Origin: Patescibacteria group bacterium
GTDB lineage: Bacteria; Patescibacteriota; Patescibacteriia; UBA9934
Assembly: GCA_038064675.1 (NCBI GenBank)
Contig: JBBTSM010000006.1
Span: 7,776 to 71,775, forward strand
Direction of reading: 5' to 3'
DNA: 64,000 nt
Positions 28,866 to 38,784 of the stretch are shown here, one piece after another. Every line of letters starts with the position of its first letter. The stretch's first letter is position 1. A program made the translations under genes and the position numbers. The notes beneath the pieces were generated by a model that made no database searches, had not been told where the DNA came from, and saw only the letters and a program-made list of their open reading frames with translations.

Positions 28866-30620
28866 GTGCAAAAGCGCCGATCCCCTTCGGCAAATACCGT
28901 CGCCGTTCGACAACTCGTTGGCCTTCGCGGCAGCCGGTTCCCTACGTGGAGGCAGTGGAAAGAGCTCCCACGATTTCTTTCAGAAAAAGAACGAAAACTC
29001 TGTATTGGAGCGCTCGTTCTTTGTGTGCTTTCTGGTGGGCTACTGGGAACACGTTTTTGGCTTTCAAACGAAACGCTCCTTCCCTCCGTCGGCGGCTCGT
29101 ACACGGAAGGCGCCCTTGGTTCGCCGCAATACATTAACCCGCTCTACGCCATTGGAAGCGACGTCGATAGCGACCTTACGCGCCTCATGTTCTCTGGTTT
29201 AATGCGGTTTGACGGAGACCACAGCCTTGTTCCAGACCTCGCAGAAAACTACACCATTTCCGGCGATCAAAAAACCTATACGTTCACCCTTCGCGACAAC
29301 GCACTCTGGCACGATGGGGAGCGTGTCACAAGCAATGACGTCCTTTTTACTGTTGATGCAATTCAAAATCCGGAATACCACAGCCCGCTTGCGGTAAGCT
29401 TCGGCGGATTGACTGTTGAGGCTCCAGACCAACGAACGGTTGTGTTTTCGCTGGACGAGCCTTTTGCGCCGTTCCTTGCCGCGCTCACCGTTGGCATTCT
29501 TCCTGCCCACCTTTGGGAAGAAGTCGCCCCGCAAAATGCTCCGCTTGCGCAGCTCAACATTAAACCCATTGGCAGCGGACCGTTCATGTTCTCAAAACTC
29601 GTCAAAGACAACAAAGGCTCACTTCGAAGCTACACCGTTGAACGAAACCCACACTTCTATCGTGGCACAGTCTATCTCAACGACATCACCTTGAAGTTCT
29701 ACAATAGCCTCCAGGAACTTACCGACGCCGTCCGAAACAAAAACGTTGAAGGCGCATCTGTTCTTGCGGCACAAGACGCACAAAGCCTTTCGCGCGACGG
29801 CGTCATCGCACTTGGCTCGCCACGGCTTTCGCAATTTACTGCAGCGTTCTTTAATCAGAAACAATCCGGAGTACTCGCCGACGATAACGTTCGCCAAGCC
29901 CTCGTCCTGGCAACCGACCGCACCCTCGTTGCCCAAACATCCACAGAATCCTACGCAACGCCACTCGTCTCCCCTATTCTTCCGGGCATGCCAGGATACG
30001 ACGCCGCAACGCAAATTCCCGCTGCCGACATTGAAGGCGCAAAAGGCCTTCTGGAGAGCAAGGGTTGGACCATGGCAAACGGTGCAACGATACGCACAAA
30101 ATCCGGAACTGAACTCGCGCTCATCATCACCACCCTTGATTCGCCCGATCTTATTGCCGCGGCAAACGAGCTTCAGCGCGAATGGGTCGCAATCGGCGCG
30201 AACGTCAGTATTTCCGTCGTTGATCAAGGAACACTTCAAAACGACGTGATCAAGAACCACAATTTCGATGTTCTGCTTGCTGGCGAACGATACGGTGCGT
30301 ATCCAGACCTTTATCCGTTCTGGCATTCGTCGCAAAGCGCATACCCGGGATTAAACCTGAGCGGATTTGCGAATCGCAAGGTTGATACCGCAATCGAAAC
30401 CGCACGAACCAGTGCGGATCCTACAAAAGCCGTGGAAGCCGGGCAGCTCCTCATGAGTACTTTCGCAGAAGAACAACCAGCGCTCATGCTCTATCAGCCC
30501 CAGTATCTCTACGCCCTCAGTCCAAAGCTCTACGGCACCACGGTGGCAAACGTCACCACCCCGTCCGACCGCTTCGCAAATGTGGAAGGATGGTACCGCA
30601 AGACAAAAGTGAGCTTTTGA
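28866..30620 (+). CDS. Peptide ABC transporter substrate-binding protein (family 5), membrane-anchored
   Basis: LVPDLAE, YTFTLRD..WHDG, PIGSGPF, DLYPFWHSSQ; start uncertain (GTG 28866 chosen). Confidence 0.88.
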   Translation: MQKRRSPSANTVAVRQLVGLRGSRFPTWRQWKELPRFLSEKERKLCIGALVLCVLSGGLLGTRFWLSNETLLPSVGGSYTEGALGSPQYINPLYAIGSDVDSDLTRLMFSGLMRFDGDHSLVPDLAENYTISGDQKTYTFTLRDNALWHDGERVTSNDVLFTVDAIQNPEYHSPLAVSFGGLTVEAPDQRTVVFSLDEPFAPFLAALTVGILPAHLWEEVAPQNAPLAQLNIKPIGSGPFMFSKLVKDNKGSLRSYTVERNPHFYRGTVYLNDITLKFYNSLQELTDAVRNKNVEGASVLAAQDAQSLSRDGVIALGSPRLSQFTAAFFNQKQSGVLADDNVRQALVLATDRTLVAQTSTESYATPLVSPILPGMPGYDAATQIPAADIEGAKGLLESKGWTMANGATIRTKSGTELALIITTLDSPDLIAAANELQREWVAIGANVSISVVDQGTLQNDVIKNHNFDVLLAGERYGAYPDLYPFWHSSQSAYPGLNLSGFANRKVDTAIETARTSADPTKAVEAGQLLMSTFAEEQPALMLYQPQYLYALSPKLYGTTVANVTTPSDRFANVEGWYRKTKVSF

Positions 30621-30643
30621 GCTACCATGCCGACGGCGAGCTC

Positions 30644-30730
30644 GCGAATGTGGCGGAATTGGTATACGCGTAGGTCTCAGAAGCCTATGCCCTTACAGGC
30701 TTGAGGGTTCGAGTCCCTCCATTCGCACCA
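30644..30730 (+). tRNA. tRNA-Leu(CAG)
   Basis: Anticodon arm TAGGT-CTCAGAA-GCCTA; variable arm; CCA. Confidence 0.95.
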
Positions 30731-30821
30731 TGAACACAGCGTCTTTTCGGACGTTGTTTTCATTTGGTGTCCCCATGCCCACGTTGCCCATTGCCCATTT
30801 TGCCCCGTATACTCGTTCCAT

Positions 30822-31802
30822 ATGCGAGCACTTACCGGAATTCAGCCTACCAATACCCTGCACATCGGCAACCTCTTTGGCGCGCTTTTGCCTGCCGTAG
30901 AAATGCAAAAGACGTACGATCTGACGATGATGATCGTGGACTTACACGCCATCACCGTTCCGCAAGACCCTGTTCAGCTTCGAAAGAATATTCTCTTTCT
31001 TGCGGCAGCCTATCTTGCAGCCGGGATCGATCCAGAAAAAACCGTTCTCTTCCAACAGTCGCAAGTTCCCGCCCACGCCGAGCTTGGATGGTTGTTGCAA
31101 ACCGTTGGCCGCATGAGCGAACTTGAACGAATGACACAATACAAAGACAAAGCAACGACTAAGAAAGAAAATGTTTCCGTTGGTCTCTTCACCTATCCGG
31201 TGCTCATGGCTGCAGATATCCTGCTCCACGATATCGACGTTGTGCCGGTTGGCGAAGATCAAAAACAGCACATGGAACTCGCTCGCGACCTTGCAGAGCG
31301 GTTCAATCGCGATTTTGGCGAAACATTCGTTGTGCCAAAACCGATTATTCAATCGGAAGGCGCACGAATTCTCGGGCTCGATAATCCAGATAAAAAGATG
31401 AGCAAAAGCGCGGCAAGTACGAAGAACTACATCTCGATCACCGATGATGCCGACACAATAGCGAAAAAGATTCGCTCAGCCGTCACCGATTCCCTACCAG
31501 GTATCACGGTGGATGATTCACGGCCGGGCCTCAAGAACCTCCTCACGATTCACTCGCTCGCAACAGGCCGATCGATAATAGACATCGCCGCGGAGTTCGA
31601 CAGCCAGGGAAACAAAGCGTTCAAAGATGCGACTGCAGCAGCACTCATCGACTTCCTGTCGCCAATTCAACAGAAGATGACCGAACTTCTCGTAGATGAA
31701 TTTGCTTTAATCGCGATCTTGGCCGAGGGAGCGGAAAAAGCAGCGGCCCAGGCAAACACCAAAGTCCAGCTCGCAAAAGCACACATGGGCTTAGTGTTAT
31801 AA
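30822..31802 (+). CDS. trpS: Tryptophan--tRNA ligase
   Basis: TGIQPT..HIGN, YPVLMAADIL, VPVGEDQKQH, KMSKS. Confidence 0.97.
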   Translation: MRALTGIQPTNTLHIGNLFGALLPAVEMQKTYDLTMMIVDLHAITVPQDPVQLRKNILFLAAAYLAAGIDPEKTVLFQQSQVPAHAELGWLLQTVGRMSELERMTQYKDKATTKKENVSVGLFTYPVLMAADILLHDIDVVPVGEDQKQHMELARDLAERFNRDFGETFVVPKPIIQSEGARILGLDNPDKKMSKSAASTKNYISITDDADTIAKKIRSAVTDSLPGITVDDSRPGLKNLLTIHSLATGRSIIDIAAEFDSQGNKAFKDATAAALIDFLSPIQQKMTELLVDEFALIAILAEGAEKAAAQANTKVQLAKAHMGLVL

Positions 31803-31847
31803 ACAGAACGCTTGGCTGATATTAGCCAAATAAAGCGCCTTTTTGCA

Positions 31848-31876
31848 TTGACAAAGGGGCGTTTTTCTGCTATAAT
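31848..31876 (+). promoter_or_regulatory. Consensus sigma70 promoter
   Basis: TTGACA-17 nt-TATAAT with extended -10 TG. Confidence 0.8.
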
Positions 31877-31921
31877 ATTTTTGGTACTTCGATGGGCCTC
31901 ACTCCCCGAAAGGAGAAATTC

Positions 31922-32104
31922 ATGTTCAAAAAGCCGCTTTTTGTTTTGGCTGTCATGACGCCCTACCTCCTGTTCGCCCTGCGACGCCCCTGGCTCAGGC
32001 TCCTCGAGGCCTCTACAGAGAACCTCGAGATCCTCGGGCATCAGCTTCTCGTCGCCGTGGGAGTTGGATTCTTCCTTCTCCCACTCGGTCATCAACGGGC
32101 GTGA
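31922..32104 (+). CDS. Small hydrophobic orphan protein
   Basis: SD AAGGAG then ATG 31922; GC3-rich. Confidence 0.5.
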   Translation: MFKKPLFVLAVMTPYLLFALRRPWLRLLEASTENLEILGHQLLVAVGVGFFLLPLGHQRA

Positions 32105-32230
32105 GACCTTCGAATCTACGACGCAGACCGATGTTCCCCCCGCGGAGCATCGGTCGGCACCAGAAGGCGCAACACACGTTGTTTCATCTGGAGCCCTTCT
32201 CAACTTCCCATCCTCGTTCCGGAGTTCCCC

Positions 32231-32785
32231 GTGCTGAAATCCCTTCGCAATGCCCTCTCGTGGTTCCTCGGCCTTCCGGTCATCAGCTGGATCTACGGCT
32301 GGATGGTGTGGTGGACCCTCCTGCCTATCCGAGTCCTCCAGCTCGGGTGGCAACACAAGAAGGTCGCCATCGTGATCGTCATCCTGATGATCATGAGCGT
32401 CTTCCTCCACGACCACAACAACACCCCCAACTTCCACGGCATCGGCCCTATCCGGTTCGTCCTGGTCGGGCTGATGAACTTCTTCTACGGAATCCTCGAC
32501 AGCGTGATGCACTTCGGTGCAGACGTCGTCTCGATCCCGTTCCAGAAGATGGACGGGTGCCCGCCGGACAAGTTCCTGGTCGGTTTCCTGATCGGCTGCG
32601 TCGTCCACCTGTATTTCTGGGCCATCCCCGAGAGCCTGGTGTACTGGATCGCCAACCACGTCATCTCCCCGGAGCTCCTCTGGGGAATCATCGTGGGCGG
32701 CGTGGTGTACAAGCAAATCCTCCCCGGAGGCAGGGGCGGTAGCAGCCATGCACCGACACCCAAGGCAGCGCCGGCGCATGGCTAG
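32231..32785 (+). CDS. Orphan multi-pass membrane protein
   Basis: GGAG + GTG start, very GC3-rich, several TM segments, hairpin downstream. Confidence 0.65.
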   Translation: MLKSLRNALSWFLGLPVISWIYGWMVWWTLLPIRVLQLGWQHKKVAIVIVILMIMSVFLHDHNNTPNFHGIGPIRFVLVGLMNFFYGILDSVMHFGADVVSIPFQKMDGCPPDKFLVGFLIGCVVHLYFWAIPESLVYWIANHVISPELLWGIIVGGVVYKQILPGGRGGSSHAPTPKAAPAHG

Positions 32786-32917
32786 TTCGACAACGTTCCG
32801 GTGCGGGTGACAACGGGTCGAGGCGACGAAAACGCCTCGACCGACCCCCAGAACATTCGAGATTCTCGAGTGTCCTGGGGGTTTTCAGTTTCAGGTTTCC
32901 TTATTTGATCTCTTTCA

Positions 32918-32946
32918 TTTACTTTCCCCCATTTTTCTGCTATTCT
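32918..32946 (+). promoter_or_regulatory. Promoter of rnpB
   Basis: TTTACT-17 nt-TATTCT, extended -10, 11 nt before P1. Confidence 0.6.
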
Positions 32947-32957
32947 TGCCTTCCGCT

Positions 32958-33377
32958 GGGGATATAAGGCGGTCGCTCGGCATGGCTCCACTGGGGCTGT
33001 GCAGAGAGGAAAGTCCGAACACCCGTTTGCGAGCAATCGCAAGCGAAACAGTGTGTCGTTAACGACGACCCGGCATACGGCATGACGATTCAGAACCGGC
33101 GCACCATCGCCCTGAAACACGATGCTTAAACCGAGGGAAAGTACCACAGAGACCATACAAGTCGGGCTTCGGCCTGATCAAAAGTGAAAAGTGCGGTGGT
33201 GTGTGCTGTTGTAAGACACATGCTTCATCGCTCACGTCATGGCAACATGAACGTGTGGCAAACCCACGCTGGTGCAAGAGCAAGATTGGTCGCTCGCACA
33301 GAGAGATGATCGTCCCGGCAACCATTTCCGTGGTGGGAAATGTGCGCTATGACAAAATTCGGCTTACCAGTATCCCC
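32958..33377 (+). ncRNA. rnpB: RNase P RNA
   Basis: GAGGAAAGTCCGAACA (CR-I), AGTACCACAGA, GTGAAA, GGCAAACCC..GGTGCAAG, ACAAAATTCGGCTTAC (CR-V); P1 GGGGATA/TATCCCC. Confidence 0.93.
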
Positions 33378-33448
33378 CAACGGAAAGCACCATCGAACAT
33401 CACGGCCAGACGGTCGTGATTTTCGTTTTTGGTGTAAACTACTGCCAT

Positions 33449-34849
33449 ATGAAGCGAGCAGATTTAGCATTTGCGTCACTCCTCATTCCGCTCGATTATC
33501 TTGCGCTCGTCTCCGCAGCAATGGCGGCATACTCCCTGCGTTTTACTTCGCTCTTCACATCTATCAAACCGGTGCTCTTTGCACTATCGTTCGAACAATA
33601 CGTCGCTGTCATTCTTCCAATGGCACTCATCACCATGGCAATCTTCGCCGTGTCGGGCTTGTACGTTATTCATCCCCGCCGCATTGCGTCGGAAATGACC
33701 CGCGTCGTTACCGGCGTTTCCACAAGTATCGCGCTCATCCTTGCCGTCGCGTTCTTCTCCCGCGCACTCTTCGAGAGCCGATTCATCGTGCTCGCCGCAT
33801 GGGTCCTTGCGATTGTTTTTGTCCTCACAATTCGCGTTCTCCTTCGGATGCTCCAGCGATCGCTCCGAAAATTCAATATCGGCGTACATTCCGTGGTAAT
33901 CATCGGAAAAACGAAGAGTGGCAACGAATTGAAGCGCTTCTTTGAAACGCACCCGAGTGTTGGATACCACGTCGTTTCCCATATTGCGCAGTTCACCACT
34001 GAAAGCCGTGAACGGCTCCTGGAGCTCAGGAAAAACGACGAACTCGATGCTGTCGTGCTTGCGGATCCCGATGCATCGCGTGTTGACGTGACCGCGATCA
34101 AAGTCTTCACCGACATTGAGCATTGCACCTTCCTGTACAGCGCAGATCTCTTTGCTGGCAGCACACTTCGGCCAATCATGCACACGTTCGCCGAGCAACC
34201 GGTTATCGAAGTGCCAAAAACACCATTGGACGGCTGGGGCGCAATCTATAAGCGCATTTTCGATATCGTCGCTTCGACCATTCTCATTATTATCACACTC
34301 CCCCTCCAGATTCTTATCGCGCTCGCTATCGTCATTGAGAATCCAGGATCGTTTTTCTTCTCCCGTCCTCGCGTTGGCCAAAGCGGAAAGGAATTCTCAT
34401 TCTTAAAGTTCAGATCGATGGTGCAAGGTGCTCATGCGCTCCGATCTGATCCAAAATTTCTCAAAACGTACGGCAACGAACGTGAAGGCACCCCCCTCTT
34501 TAAACTGCAAAACGACCCTCGTGTCACCCGCGTTGGCAGGTTTATTCGCAACTGGAGTTTGGATGAAATTCCGCAGTTTTATTCCGTGCTTATGGGCAGC
34601 ATGAGCCTTGTGGGGCCTCGTCCACACCTTCCAGAAGAGGTTGCGATGTATAAGCCACACCAGCGAAAGGTCCTCACCATCAAACCAGGCATTACGGGCA
34701 TGGCCCAAGTGAGCGGACGGGCATCGCTTGACTTCGATGACGAAGTCCGACTAGATATGTACTATATTGAGAACTGGAGCCCCTGGTTAGACCTGGTTAT
34801 TGTGATAAAAACTCCACTGGCAGTCCTTTTCCGAAGCGGCGCCTATTAA
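33449..34849 (+). CDS. Undecaprenyl-phosphate sugar phosphotransferase (WcaJ-like)
   Basis: KRIFDI, KFRSM, DPRVTRVGRFIR, DEIPQ, MSLVGPRP, KPGITGMAQV. Confidence 0.93.
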   Translation: MKRADLAFASLLIPLDYLALVSAAMAAYSLRFTSLFTSIKPVLFALSFEQYVAVILPMALITMAIFAVSGLYVIHPRRIASEMTRVVTGVSTSIALILAVAFFSRALFESRFIVLAAWVLAIVFVLTIRVLLRMLQRSLRKFNIGVHSVVIIGKTKSGNELKRFFETHPSVGYHVVSHIAQFTTESRERLLELRKNDELDAVVLADPDASRVDVTAIKVFTDIEHCTFLYSADLFAGSTLRPIMHTFAEQPVIEVPKTPLDGWGAIYKRIFDIVASTILIIITLPLQILIALAIVIENPGSFFFSRPRVGQSGKEFSFLKFRSMVQGAHALRSDPKFLKTYGNEREGTPLFKLQNDPRVTRVGRFIRNWSLDEIPQFYSVLMGSMSLVGPRPHLPEEVAMYKPHQRKVLTIKPGITGMAQVSGRASLDFDDEVRLDMYYIENWSPWLDLVIVIKTPLAVLFRSGAY

Positions 34850-34863
34850 CCTCTTGAACGCGT

Positions 34864-35961
34864 ATGCGGGTTGCTCTTGTCCACGATCATCTGACGCAAC
34901 TTGGTGGAGCAGAACGCGTGCTTGAAGTGCTGCAAAGCCTTTGGCCGCTTGCACCAACATACACCCTCCTCTACGACGCATCCGCCATGGATCCCGTCTT
35001 TGGTCACAAAGATATTCGCGCATCGTTCCTCCAAAAAATCCCAGGCGCGATTCGACGCATGCGCTGGCTGCTCCCTCTCATGCCAGTTGCCACTGAGCAC
35101 TATCCATTGAACGAGTATGACGTTGTGGTCTCAAGCGCAAGCAGCTTCGCGAAAGGCGTGGTAACGAGTGCGAATGCAGTGCATGTCTGCTACTGCCACA
35201 CCCCAACACGATATTTGTGGAGCGACGCGGCGAGTTATGTGGACGAACTTCATGCGCCAGGATTCGTGAAAGCGTTTCTTCCCATTCTCCAAAGCGTTCT
35301 TCGAAGCTGGGACCGTCTTGCAGCGGATCGCGTGGATCTTTTTGTTGCAAATTCCGAAACCGTTCGTCAGCGCATTAAAAAGTACTACGGCAAAGACAGC
35401 ATTGTTATTCACCCGCCAGTAAACACGGAAGAATTTTCCATCAGCACTGCGCCAAAAACTGCATTCCTTATTGGCGGTCGGCTGGTATCGTACAAGCGAT
35501 ACGATCTCGTGATCGAAGCGTTCAACCGCCTTGGCATTCCGCTTATCGTCTTTGGCAATGGCCCGGAAGAAGCAAAACTCCGCGCCATGGCAAATGACAA
35601 CATCAGCTTCGTTGGGCGTGTAACCGACGACGAGCGTGCTCGGCTTTTTTCCAACGCCATTGCATTCATTCATCCTCATGAAGAAGACTTTGGGATAACC
35701 GCCGTAGAATCCATGGCCGCGGGCCGTCCAGTCATCGCCTTCAAAAAAGGCGGCGCAACCGAAACCGTTGTCGAAGGCGTCACCGGAACATTCTTCGAAG
35801 AACAGAGCTGGGAGACACTTGCAGATACGATTTTGCATTTTGATGAAAAGAGGTTCAATCCAAGTACAATCAAGGCCTACGCAGAACAATTCTCGCTCGC
35901 GAATTTCCGCAAGGCGATGCACGACGTAGTAACGAAGGCCTGGGAATCCAAGAATGCATAA
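34864..35961 (+). CDS. Glycosyltransferase family 4
   Basis: GGAERVL, EDFGITAVESMAAGRPVIA. Confidence 0.92.
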   Translation: MRVALVHDHLTQLGGAERVLEVLQSLWPLAPTYTLLYDASAMDPVFGHKDIRASFLQKIPGAIRRMRWLLPLMPVATEHYPLNEYDVVVSSASSFAKGVVTSANAVHVCYCHTPTRYLWSDAASYVDELHAPGFVKAFLPILQSVLRSWDRLAADRVDLFVANSETVRQRIKKYYGKDSIVIHPPVNTEEFSISTAPKTAFLIGGRLVSYKRYDLVIEAFNRLGIPLIVFGNGPEEAKLRAMANDNISFVGRVTDDERARLFSNAIAFIHPHEEDFGITAVESMAAGRPVIAFKKGGATETVVEGVTGTFFEEQSWETLADTILHFDEKRFNPSTIKAYAEQFSLANFRKAMHDVVTKAWESKNA

Positions 35962-35967
35962 TCGATC

Positions 35968-37116
35968 ATGAAGATTGCTATCGATATTCGATCATTAACG
36001 GCGCCCCATAAAACTGGAGTGGGTATTGTCACTGAATCGCTCGTTCGAACATTGGCCGCGCAAGCACCGAATGACACATTTTTTCTCTTCGCGACAGGAA
36101 CAGAAGACACACTCATGAATCTTCCAATATTTCGCGAACACAATATTGTTCTTTCGCCGGTAACAATCCCAAACAAGATCGCGAGTATGCTCTGGGCATT
36201 GCCATTTGGGCCGACGATGGAACGGTTCCTCCCCGAAGTTCCAGATGCCTGGCTCTTTCCAAACGCACATCTTTTAAAGACAAAGCTCCCCTACGCGGTC
36301 ATTTTTCACGATGCTGCGCTCCGTACTGTTCCAAACTTCTTTACGTTCAAAGATCATCTGCGAGCTCGGATCACGAACGAAGACCGTGTATTCCAAAATG
36401 CACAACAGGTTATTGCCGTCTCTCAACACAGCAAGAAAGATGCCGCAGAGTATTACCGTGTTCCTCTCGATCGTGTTACCGTCGCAGACCTTGGCGTTGA
36501 TCACGACGTCTATAGTTCGCGTGAACAATCATCAGATCGATCGTATCGCGCCGCATACGATCTGAATCGACCGTACCTTCTCGCGCTCGCTACGCGCGAA
36601 CCACGAAAGAACATCGATAGCGTTATTACGGCATACACCGTGTTCCGTCAGCAAGGCGGGCAAGCGATTCCCTTGGTGCTCGCAGGTGCAAAAGGATGGA
36701 AAACGCGTCACATCGATGCCGCACTTACTACATCAATGTATCGCAACGATATCCGCGAAGTCGCGTATGTTCCAGAAAAGCACAAAGCCGCGGTGATTCG
36801 CGGTGCAAAAGCACTCCTCTTCCCATCGTTCTACGAAGGGTTCGGTCTTCCGGTTCTTGAAGCGATGGCCTGTGGAACCCCAGTCATCACCAGCATCACA
36901 TCTTCCCTTCCCGATGTTGCCGGCAACGCCGCACTCTTCGTCGATCCTCTCAATATTACCGACATCGTCCAGGCGCTCCACCAACTTCTCGACGAACCGC
37001 ATGGTCCAAAGCTTCAAGAAATTCTCAAAACGCGCGGTATTGAACGCGCGCAACGGTTTTCCTGGAAAAAAACCAGCGAGACCGTTCTAAAGGTACTTCA
37101 CGAAATTTCTTCATAA
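35968..37116 (+). CDS. Glycosyltransferase family 4 (mannosyltransferase-like)
   Basis: EPRKN, PSFYEGFGLPVLEAMACG. Confidence 0.92.
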   Translation: MKIAIDIRSLTAPHKTGVGIVTESLVRTLAAQAPNDTFFLFATGTEDTLMNLPIFREHNIVLSPVTIPNKIASMLWALPFGPTMERFLPEVPDAWLFPNAHLLKTKLPYAVIFHDAALRTVPNFFTFKDHLRARITNEDRVFQNAQQVIAVSQHSKKDAAEYYRVPLDRVTVADLGVDHDVYSSREQSSDRSYRAAYDLNRPYLLALATREPRKNIDSVITAYTVFRQQGGQAIPLVLAGAKGWKTRHIDAALTTSMYRNDIREVAYVPEKHKAAVIRGAKALLFPSFYEGFGLPVLEAMACGTPVITSITSSLPDVAGNAALFVDPLNITDIVQALHQLLDEPHGPKLQEILKTRGIERAQRFSWKKTSETVLKVLHEISS

Positions 37117-37118
37117 AT

Positions 37119-38501
37119 TTGTTACAATACACACATATACTTACGCCTGGAGAAACGTGGCCAAATAATTTACCAAAAAAGGAAAATACCTCTGAAAGAA
37201 TTGAAAAATACGAATACCGAAATGCCACAGATGAAAAAATTTGCGATGTTGAAGCCACGATAGAGTTTGTTGAAAATGAGGAAGAACAAAAAACGATTTT
37301 ACGCAGTCTCTTTCTCGTTTCTATGTTAGGGGAGCGTATTGATTTTCTGAAATTCATGGAACTTCCAAAAACTTACCGCATCGTAATTGACGAACACGGA
37401 GACCCCGCCTGTGATCACAAGGAATCTACGATTGTTATACAGGGACTCAGCACACCTCTTCAACTCGCAACGCTCGCACATGAAATTGGGCATAGTTTAC
37501 AGCATTTTGAAAAGAATTTCTCCGATCTTGGGTACGGAATGGGTATAAAATTTTCTCCAAAGGATATCGCAAGCGCGAATGAGATTGCAAAACTCAATAC
37601 TCTCACAAATTTCAAACTTGATCATGCCCTTGTTCAGAAACTCGTCACAATGAAAGGAGATCTCGATAGCTGTCTTCATCGGCAAGATGAAGCCCATCAA
37701 ATCTGGGGGAAGCAATTGGAAATATTCAGAGCATTATATCGAATATACTTCACGGAATCTTTATCACTGATACGCGCATCCATAGATGAAGAGGATTTTG
37801 AAGGCATGCTCAGAGATCGCGGAATCCAAATGAGCGACTGGATTGAAGAATTCAAAAAAATACCAAAAGAAGAAATCAAACATTATATTGATAACTTTAT
37901 TCAAGGCACAGAAGGCTACACAACTTTAGGAGTCGATATCACACCGGAGGAGCTCATTGTTTTGCTCAAGATTCCTGCACACGACAAAAAAACGAAAGAT
38001 CGAGAGATATTTCTTCCATTTCATTTAAAAGGCGACGAGAGTCCCCTCTCGGAAAAAATGCAGGAAAGCGTCTTAGCGTATCGTCAAGCTTTTACAAAGA
38101 GCGCACTCGAACGTGCAACAGAAGCGGAAATACGAGAGGAGTATGAGCGCACCGTCGCTCCACACACGAAAACTATCAGCGCTCTGCTTCGGTCGACAAC
38201 AATTATCCTTGAGCAAGACGCCACAAAACGAGCCATCATCACATTGAAAAAGCTTCAAGAACTCGGAATAGATTTATTACAACCTCTAAAAGTTCTTCCT
38301 GTTGATAAGGAAAAAATCGAAAAAAGGAATCTCGAACTTTCACTTCAACTAGGCGAAGGTAGGGTCTTCAATTCGGGCATGGAATATGCCATTCGGAATC
38401 TCAATAGTTGTTTAGTTACATATTCTGCCGATCGTGAGTCAATACGAAGAGACTACCACCGCCCTCTAAAACTGAAAGCAAAGAAACCAAAGAAATCCTA
38501 G
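37119..38501 (+). CDS. AT-rich hypothetical protein with HExxH zincin-like motif
   Basis: TLAHEIGHSLQH and distal ILEQDATKRA; visibly more AT-rich than neighbours; start uncertain. Confidence 0.6.
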   Translation: MLQYTHILTPGETWPNNLPKKENTSERIEKYEYRNATDEKICDVEATIEFVENEEEQKTILRSLFLVSMLGERIDFLKFMELPKTYRIVIDEHGDPACDHKESTIVIQGLSTPLQLATLAHEIGHSLQHFEKNFSDLGYGMGIKFSPKDIASANEIAKLNTLTNFKLDHALVQKLVTMKGDLDSCLHRQDEAHQIWGKQLEIFRALYRIYFTESLSLIRASIDEEDFEGMLRDRGIQMSDWIEEFKKIPKEEIKHYIDNFIQGTEGYTTLGVDITPEELIVLLKIPAHDKKTKDREIFLPFHLKGDESPLSEKMQESVLAYRQAFTKSALERATEAEIREEYERTVAPHTKTISALLRSTTIILEQDATKRAIITLKKLQELGIDLLQPLKVLPVDKEKIEKRNLELSLQLGEGRVFNSGMEYAIRNLNSCLVTYSADRESIRRDYHRPLKLKAKKPKKS

Positions 38502-38606
38502 AACTACGAATTCTATCGTTCGCGCGCAACGCTTCTCTTGGTGAATGGAATAGCAGAGGACGAAAGCGCGCATCATCGGCGGCTCGGCATACGTGTTTTC
38601 CCAATC

Positions 38607-38694
38607 TGCGAGTGTAAAGACCTCTTTACACTTTTCCGATCAAAATGCCCAACGAAAGTGGAGAAATGTGTGTAAAGAGGTCTTTACACTCGCA
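38607..38694. repeat. REPIN-like doublet: perfect 25 bp inverted repeats, each itself palindromic
   Basis: TGCGAGTGTAAAGACCTCTTTACAC (38607-38631) and its exact reverse complement (38670-38694), 38 nt spacer. Confidence 0.85.
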
Positions 38695-38784
38695 AAAGTC
38701 AAAAACCCATACCCCAAACCAAAAAATCACGCGCGCCATCTCATCCGTCCTTCCCCGCCCCATCCAAGATCAGATCACTTGCAT

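Noticed and set aside
32782-33479. Short ORFs over the rnpB region
   Set aside because: The region is explained by RNase P RNA conserved motifs.
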